Shown: positions 56,319 through 64,000 of the stretch, in pieces
How positions within the stretch are numbered: the stretch's first letter is position 1
Layout of the letters: every line of letters starts with the position of its first letter
DNA from: Lepidodermella squamata
Taxonomy: Eukaryota; Animalia; Gastrotricha
Direction of reading: 5' to 3'
Assembly: GCA_047495785.1 (NCBI GenBank)
Contig: JBLDXI010000013.1
Location: 2,604,001-2,668,000 of the forward strand
Length of the DNA stretch: 64,000 nucleotides
Program-made: the position numbers and the translations under genes
The notes under the pieces: model-generated
Database searches by the model: none
What the model was told of the DNA's origin: nothing
Seen by the model: only the letters and a program-made list of their open reading frames with translations

Positions 56319-57609
56319 ATGTCTCACGACCCAGATTACGATAACTCGAATACGGGAGATTGCTCAAAATCACCGGACGACAACAGCAATATGGATAACC
56401 ACAACAATCAGAACAACAACAACAACAGCAATAATAATAATGAAAAATCGGAACGGAAGCACAAGAATGGAAAAAATAATGAGGATGGCCATGCAAAGGA
56501 TGTGTGTCGCGAATTCATTCGCGGTTTTTGCTTTCGAGGCAATGGCTGCAAATTCCGTCATCCTCCACCCAATGAAATGAATGAACTGGGCCATCGCGGT
56601 CCTCAATTCTGTCATGATTACCAGAACCGCTTCTGCCACCGAGGTTCGTGTCGTTACACACACGCAACAAAGGAAGAGGAGGCGGAGTACCATCGAACTG
56701 GAATTTTGCCTCTTCGCGCTCTTCGCCTGCAATTCGGCGACCCTGATATCCCGGTGTGCCGCGATTTTTTGAGTGGAAAATGCTCTCGAGGCAAGGACTG
56801 TAAATTCCGTCATTTAAGTGAGCGCGAGGTCGAACAGGAGAAGAGGAATCTTGAACTATACGCCAAATCCGGAGGTCCACCCGTTGGGCCAGGAATGGGC
56901 GGTATGGGTGATATGGGACCATCGCCCCTTTTCGGAAATGGAGGCTTCCCACCCGTACCCCGCAATCCCATTGCAGCGGCTATGATGAATCCTGCTGCGA
57001 TGAGGATGATGAGCCAAGGTGGCGATGGGAATTCCAACGATTTGAAACGTCGGCGAATGGGCGAAGGCTTCCCAGGTATGCCTGGTGATATGTTTTTCCC
57101 TACAGATAACATGCCTGATGCGGCGGCTACCCTGTTTCGCAACAAGCAGTTGGAAGATGAAAACGGTTTGTTGAGAAATTTTTCTTGAATTGAAAGTTTT
57201 ATTCAAGGCATTTTTGTTGTTGTGTTGAATTCGCGCGTTGCGCATTTGCGAATGATGCGAATTGCGGCGTGCGTAATGCGTGTGTAATATAGGCGCGTTG
57301 CTTCGCAAGATCGACGACTTGAAGCGTCAGATCCAGCAGCTGAACGACACGAATGACGAGTTGCTTGAGCAAAACGCGCGCTTGCGCAGCCAGTTGCAAA
57401 AGGCACTAGCCTCGAGCGGACCCCTGCCGGTCCCCGCCCCGCAGCAGCAGGCGGCGTCGGCGGGCGCCATGAACGTCGGCAATGGCGCTAACATGTTCTC
57501 GATGGTTGCTGCCGCGGCCGCTGCGCAACACCAGCACTCTCAGCAACAACAGCAGTCGCAATTTATGAAGCGAGACCCTTACTCGTCTGATGGCTACGAT
57601 TTCCGTTGA
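56319..57609 (+). CDS. ZC3H10: Three-CCCH zinc-finger plus coiled-coil RNA-binding protein. Exons 56319-57165, 57293-57609
   Basis: CREFIRGFCFRGNGCKFRH, CHDYQNRFCHRGSCRYTH and CRDFLSGKCSRGKDCKFRH; spliced coiled coil EDENGALLRKIDDLKRQ...TNDELLEQNARLR. Confidence 0.88.
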
Positions 57610-58686
57610 TTAACCTCTATGTCAGTCATCTCACCGCAGTTAATTAATTAACGACTAACAACTGCTTAATGTTGCTCGCAGTTTTTTCGCCGTATCGATG
57701 ATACAATTTGTAAAGGGTTGCCGTTTTACCATCATCAATTGTTGAATTAATTATAAATCATAGACTGAAATTAGCATAATTGGCATTGTAAGCCGTTCAG
57801 TCCGCAAATTATCAGGTTCAAAAATGGAAGAGTCGCTTCTAAGTCGATTGATGATGTTGAACTGTGACCTTTTCTGTAAATAATTACGCGTTGCTGCGAA
57901 AAGTACAAAACGTATGGTGTTTGACTGTCTGTGTTTTACTTGCAATCTCAAAAATCTTGGAATAGCTCTTGTTGCTTCTTGTGGTGACACAGCGATATAT
58001 GCCTGGTATCATCATGTATAATGCGAATTTCTTCCACTTGCGCTCTAGTTGTCCTAATTTTTACTATATTTATACACGCCCACTAGTGAGGAAGAAAGCG
58101 AGCGGCGGCTTTTCATTCATCCGCGTGAAGTAATGTTCGATTCAGTCTTGATTCTTATATATTAACTGTATAAATAATTAACCGCTCACAAGTGCGTTAT
58201 CGGTATTTTGTTGTAAATATTGCTGTTATCGAAAAAAACATGAGCGATGCATTCGTTTGGTTAGACCACCGGAGCCTCCCGGAGCGTTGCGCTTTTTCTT
58301 ATTCTTCTCTCGACCTTGTAACAATGATGCGCCAAAAAAACCATCCAGTTGTATTCGGCTCACTATATTCTGTCTGATCGCGCATATTTCAGTAGCTCGC
58401 CCTGTTCTTTGCCGATTCGCGAGCTGCCTTTCCACCGCAAACTCTAGTTCATAACTTGTAATCATAATATGTCGTCTTTGCGAAAACGTTTTGTTACTTG
58501 AAAAAGTTCACGAAATGAAAAAAATCAAGGTGAATCGCGGCGCATGCGATCTTGCTGGCGTTTTTTTCTTGCTATGAAAATTCTACAAATTTAAATTTTC
58601 GACAATTTTAGGAGAGATAGTTAAGTTGAAGAGACACATTATTTTGTTGCAATATCCTTTCGATTCATCAACTTCCACCCCTCACA

Positions 58687-59338
58687 ATGAAAATCTGGAC
58701 ATCTCAGCACACATTCGAGTGAGTTTTCTTGGGGTTTTTTTCAATATTCAAAAACTAATTTATTTGTCTAATAATTTCTAGCTATAAATGGGAGAACGTA
58801 GCTGCCGCTGCACAACGAAAATACCCTAACCCCCTGAATCCCTACGTAGTTGGAGTCGATGTTATCGACCGTTACATGGACCGCAACGGCATTCTTCGCA
58901 CCCACCGCCTCATCCACACCTCTTGGAGCCTCGCAGACTGGGCGGAACGTATTCTAGGTCGCAATAAACCCTGTTACGCTAGTGAACACTCAGCTTGTGA
59001 TCCCATCAAACAAAAATTGGTTCTACGCTCTCGAAACGTAAATTAAAAAATGACTAATTATAAGTTTGATGTTTTATTCTTGATTTTAGCTTACATTTTG
59101 TGACACCATAACTATCGATGAAACGCTAATCTACACAAAGCACCCAACGGACCCCGAAAAGACACTGCTCACCCAAGAAGCCATCATCAACGTATACGGC
59201 GTGCCACTCGGTTCTTACTGCGAAAATATGCTCGCGAAGAACATGGCTGGCAATGCGAGTCAGGGTCGTAAGGGTCTCGAGTGGGTAATCAATCAAATGA
59301 AAGACGTCGAAGGCGCTATTACTCCTGCAACCGTTTGA
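58687..59338 (+). CDS. PRELID3: PRELI/MSF1-domain protein (slowmo/PRELID3), three exons, absent from the ORF track
   Basis: MKIWTSQHTF | YKWENVAAAAQRKYPNPLNPYVVGVDV...RTHRL...YASEHS...LRSRN | LTFC...DETLIYTKHPTDPEKTLLTQEA...NASQGRKGLEWVI. Confidence 0.93.
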
Positions 59339-60358
59339 TATCCTGCAACGTGTTATAGATAAAATAATAGCTATTAAAATTTAATAATTGTGAAAGATCG
59401 AGTTGGTTTCGATTGCTCTGAAAACCCAGTGCGTTTGTATACACACAGCTGAGTCTTGCAGCGACTTCAGTTTTTTGATATGAAAAAGTTGGCGAAAGAA
59501 AGGAGAAACATTTGGGTGATTTTAGACTCAGTTTGTTTAGTTTCTTTTCAACTTCTGTTCCGTCTCATCATCCGGCCTTCCTCGAAGTAAAACTCTCTGA
59601 TAATCGATCATAACTCGGTTCATTATTGTCATGCTCCATTTTTCTCTATGACGGTAATTTTCACGCGCAACAATGTAAAAAAATCCGCCTTGAAAAATGG
59701 ATTTTTTTGTAAGCATTATCTTGAGTGAATTTAGCTCGGAAAATCGCTCGCTTTTTCTTAAATGAAGAAAAGCTGTAAATAGTCATAAATATTATCCTAC
59801 CTACACCTAGTTATGTTCGTTGTGATCGCACCATATTACTATGTATGTAATCATCGAAGAAACTAGGATACGGTTGTGCTTCGACGGTCGCATGGCGGCT
59901 TGCATTTAATTGTACCTGCTGATGCAAATATTGCTATTGTCAGCCTCATATGAGCCTAAATTCAATTAGAGTAAACCTCTCCTTGTTACATCTCATGTTA
60001 GCCATTAGTATGTGTGCAAATTAATGACTCTGGAAATTATATTTATTTTGCAATTGGAATCTGTTATAAATCGTGTGTATCAGGAAATATTATTTACAGC
60101 ACACAATATCCTCCCACACCTACGCGCCTTGACCAGTGCCACATCAACGGCCATTATATATGTGTTTTTTTCGTTCATCGCTTGTTCAACACTCACGAAA
60201 CGTTATTTCAGCCTTAAATGCTGCTCTTTCGATGGTGAAAGTTGACGATCGCAAAATGATGATAATGCAACAAATGAATGTTTTATTGGGAGAAAGAAAA
60301 TGAAATCAGGGGGTTAAAAATTTGTTTCTTAAATTTTAGAAATTTTATCTGTAAAATA

Positions 60359-61144
60359 ATGCCTGAATTGGTGCTCGATTCGCAAGTTCGGTTCTGGGTA
60401 TTCATTCCCATTGTTCTCATTACGTTCCTGTTCGGTCTTGCCCGACATTATGCCGCGCTATTTATGGCCTCTCAGAAGAAGGGAAACGTGCAGCAACTGT
60501 CAGATGCGCATTATTTGACTCGGTCGCATTTCCTACGCGAAAACGGGAAATTTCTGCCGAAATCTGCGTTCCACGGCCGGCGTTTTCATTTAGCCGACAA
60601 AACAGAGGGTTATTTTCGGAAAACTCAACGCGAAGCCCCGATGCGAATGCCGCTTGACTCGTCTTCAGCCTCTGATATGATGAAGGGCAATTTGACTAAT
60701 GTTTTACCGATGATTTTACTCGGTGGTTGGATCAACTGGGCGTTTTCCGGCTTTCTGACCACGAAAGTCCCGTTCCCCCTCACGTTCCGCTTCAAAGACA
60801 TGCTTCAACGTGGTATTATGTTGACTTCCCTCGATGCTTCGTGGGTTTCGTCTGTTTCCTGGTATTTTATCAACGTTTTCGGCCTTCGGTCTGTCTATTC
60901 GCTGGTTTTGGGCCGGCAAGCGGCGGGTGATGATACATTCCGGCTCATGCAGGATGAAGTCGCGACAGGACCGGCTGGGCAAGATATGGCAGCGGCTTTC
61001 AAGGCGGAAGCTGACGCTCTCGATATGACTCAGCACGACTTTTTCCTGGAAAAGCGGTATGGAAGTGGTCTCAATCTTGCTCAACAAACGGCGGCGCTCA
61101 GTAAAATCAAGCACCCGATCATGCCGACGGCTGCTAGCTCGTGA
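60359..61144 (+). CDS. EMC3: ER membrane protein complex subunit 3
   Basis: MPELVLDSQVRFWVFIPIV, MMKGNLTNVLPMILLGGWINWAFSGF, KVPFPLTFRFKDMLQRG and WVSSVSWYF. Confidence 0.96.
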   Translation: MPELVLDSQVRFWVFIPIVLITFLFGLARHYAALFMASQKKGNVQQLSDAHYLTRSHFLRENGKFLPKSAFHGRRFHLADKTEGYFRKTQREAPMRMPLDSSSASDMMKGNLTNVLPMILLGGWINWAFSGFLTTKVPFPLTFRFKDMLQRGIMLTSLDASWVSSVSWYFINVFGLRSVYSLVLGRQAAGDDTFRLMQDEVATGPAGQDMAAAFKAEADALDMTQHDFFLEKRYGSGLNLAQQTAALSKIKHPIMPTAASS

Positions 61145-62261
61145 ACAATTTGCTATAAAATATTGGTATAATTGATCGTTATATGTGTCGATAGATGATT
61201 TGTCAAATCAAATCGCGAAAATAGTCATTATAAAATATGTGTCGAACTTTTGAAGTTGTTTGTCCCTTCAACCGTAAAACGCAAAGTTTGTATAACGAAA
61301 ATAAAACAAGATGAGTAATGTTAACGAGAGTGTTGATTCACGATATACGAAAAATGGTAAAATACTAGGTATCATTATTTGATGGCGCAAATACAGAAAG
61401 GTAGACGGTCTACGTTAGACGTGGAGATGGAGAAGTGCATCTATCAGCCGTACGCCAGGCTAGTACTTCCAGGCGAGTGAAATTGACCGTAAGCTACGGA
61501 CAAAAGGCTAATTTTACTCGAGTTGGGGATACGTTTTTAGGCATGTAGAGTTCAGGTTCATATGTTCACTAACTAGCCTGACTAGCAATGGACCTCTAAC
61601 TAGCTGTCATCCTGATGTATGGATTTCAGCATTTTCACCGGGGACCGCCAATCCGTAGTCTCCGCACACAAAAAACCTTTGCTCACTTCTTAGTTAGCCG
61701 AATTCTCTGTTTACAAATTCAGCAATAGAGTAAAAGCTCTTCGACTCGTCCATGATCTTCAATTCGAAAAATTATGGAAAATGTCCATTATTTCATCCAT
61801 GTCTTCACAATTATTCGAGTTATAACCGCAGCGTCAACGCCGATGGGTAAAACTTTGATTACTGCATTCGGGATAACTTCGAAACAATATCGAAACAAAA
61901 ATAATGTGGTGTGATCCCATGGTCTAAGATCATAACCAACCAATATCATTGTGATGATACAATGGTCCATTCTCGAACTTCATTATTTCATTCATTCGTA
62001 TCAAAAAAATGTATGATGTGTTTTCACACTGCTGGGCTGTGCAACAGCCAAATGCAATCGTTCTTCGAGCTGAAAATTTGTTGGGCGGGGTTGTATGCAA
62101 AGAGGAGCTTCGATGTATTTATTCATCGATGAGCTTTGGGGAGCGATCTAACGGCAACACCGTTGTTCATTCTACCTATCAACTTAATCATACGAGTCAA
62201 TAACGAAAACTGAAGTGGAATTTATTTAATGCGGCCAATAATATTATCGCGACAGAATCAA

Positions 62262-64000
62262 TCACCGATCAGTAGCCTGAGAAACCAAGACAGTATCCAT
62301 GCTGAAATCAAATACTGATCCGGGATCGTTAGCTTGACTCGCAACAAGCTCCGCTGCCGTTGGAGCTTTCTCCATCTCTTCAATGAGCCTGGCAAAATTG
62401 ACCTCTGTCTCTTTGTCCAATCTGATACCGAGGCGATCCAACAGCGCCTGTTCTTTTTGAGTCCGGATTCGCGCCAAATTATCTGCATACAACCGTTCGC
62501 GGATCAATTCTGCGTGCTGTCGAGATAAGTTAGTCTATTACAACGATAAAGGCAATCATTAGCAAAGGATCGCCAATGATCAAATAAAGTCACCTTGTGG
62601 TCACGAAGGGCTTTGGTTTCGCGAATGAGTTTTAAAATTTCGAACCGCAACTTTTTATTTTCGTCTTGAATACTCTCGGTATGTTTCCTCAAAAACTCCA
62701 CCGCGCTTTTTGTGATTTTGGAGCTCATTTCTTGAACATGCTGATCGGCGTTCTCGCGCAACTGCTTTTTCTCCTTTTCTATCCGTTGGCGCAACTTGCT
62801 TATTTCTTGGCCTTGCTGTATTCGCATTAGTTTAACTTCTCGGTTCAGCTGCTTTATTTTCGCCTCTTTCTCTTTTTGTACATCCTGGATAAGTGACGAT
62901 GAAAATTAAAATTGGAGACAAAAAAGGCATTCAATTACTTTCAACGGCTCTAGCTCCGAAAGCTCTGCTCTTGTTTCTTGCAATTTTTGTTCCTTCTCCA
63001 GTAGAATTTTCCGGAGCTCTGAAAAACAGTACTCAAACATAAAGACTAATGCAAGTCGGCTAAAACAATACCTTCTTTCTTTAATTCGTACTCCCTCAGC
63101 ATTAGTTCCTTTTCTTGCTGAATTTTTTCTATTTCGACCTGGCAATAGTCGGTTATAGTGACTATATTTTCTTTTCGCTTAGCGATTTTGAGGTCGATGT
63201 AGCTGGCATACTTATGCTGAAGGTAAATCAAACGTAAAATGCAAGAATGCATATTATACGCAAGGCAAATGCATACATTTTGTATCCGAATTTCGTTTGA
63301 ACGCTCTTGCAATACGGAGTATTCCTCTTGCCTGGAAAGCATATTAGCTTGAGGGAAACAGAACATTTTGATAGTTGATTGAAACTTACAATGCCTTAGT
63401 GCGTGCTTTGAGCAGTTTGTGTTCGTCCTCCAGTTTTTCCAGCCTTGAAGCGAAATAATCAAGAGATAAAATGAATCTCAGTTTTAACCATTGAGCAAAT
63501 AATTAAATTTATTGTACTAGAGAACTGTTGTCTTAACGAATAATTAACCCTTGCTGTTTGCCACCCTTCAGGATAGCAATCACGCTGAACCCCCAAAGTA
63601 AGCTGACTATCAGACGCGTAAGAACCATAAGAAGATTATTTTTATTTCCGTGGGCAGAAAAAATAATGCCATTTACAAATGACTGTTGAGTTTTAAGCCG
63701 TTCTGAAATCAGGAAATCATTGAGAAAAACGCTGCGACCCTTATTCTAAAAGCTACTGTAATACTTTAGAATCCGAATAAAGATAAGAAATTTTGAAAAA
63801 CTGCTTTATATTAAAAAAACAAGATTCGGATCAGAATCTGATTTCTTGATTTTATAAGGTTGTAAGATTTAATTCTTCAAAATGGAAACTTACTCCTCTT
63901 GCAAAAGAACCTCTTTCAGCGGCGGCTGATTAGCATTGGGATCAGCTGGAGGAGCGTCCTTCTTTTTTGACCCTCCGCTTTTCTTTTTCTTGTTTTTGTC
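62262..64000 (-). CDS. CCDC166/CCDC121-like coiled-coil protein, multi-exon, start codon beyond the window
   Basis: Lys-rich N-terminus, ...KEVLLQKE, then coiled-coil exons YASYIDLKIAKRKENIVTITD, ELEPLK, HTESIQDENKKLRFEIL and RERLYADNLARI resembling DUF4515 proteins. Confidence 0.7.

Noticed and set aside
61774-62203. Possible small secreted protein gene on the plus strand
   Set aside because: Could not build a stop-free spliced model; the short ORFs lack motifs.

Overview
Eukaryotic, gene-dense animal DNA with very short (~45-65 bp) GT-AG introns. The gene set (biogenic-amine-type GPCR, junctophilin, trithorax/KMT2, cilium-associated genes) points to a small-genome invertebrate; I cannot name the taxon. 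About 22 protein-coding genes are present: two Rab5 paralogues, a 7-exon orphan, MRPL42, LRRC46, KMT2A/B-trx-like, junctophilin, an aminergic GPCR, MRPL38, SLC26A11-like, a PPxY single-pass membrane protein, EMC6, FPGS, LRRCC1, MED10, TRAPPC8, DIMT1, ELOVL, ZC3H10, PRELID3, EMC3 and a partial CCDC166-like gene. There is also one nested non-LTR retrotransposon pair: an internally deleted RTE-X-like element with an 11-bp TSD inside a 5'-truncated CR1-like element. Two observations stand out. (1) Both Rab5 paralogues carry two tandem, in-frame alternative last exons encoding different hypervariable tails and different cysteine lipidation motifs, a possible C-terminal switch for Rab5 that the ORF track does not show. 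(2) Co-oriented genes are packed as close as 80-110 bp stop-to-start, and almost every gene has a splice-acceptor-like site just upstream of its ATG, suggesting operons resolved by spliced-leader trans-splicing. All exon models were read by eye, and family assignments come from recognised motifs, not database searches.
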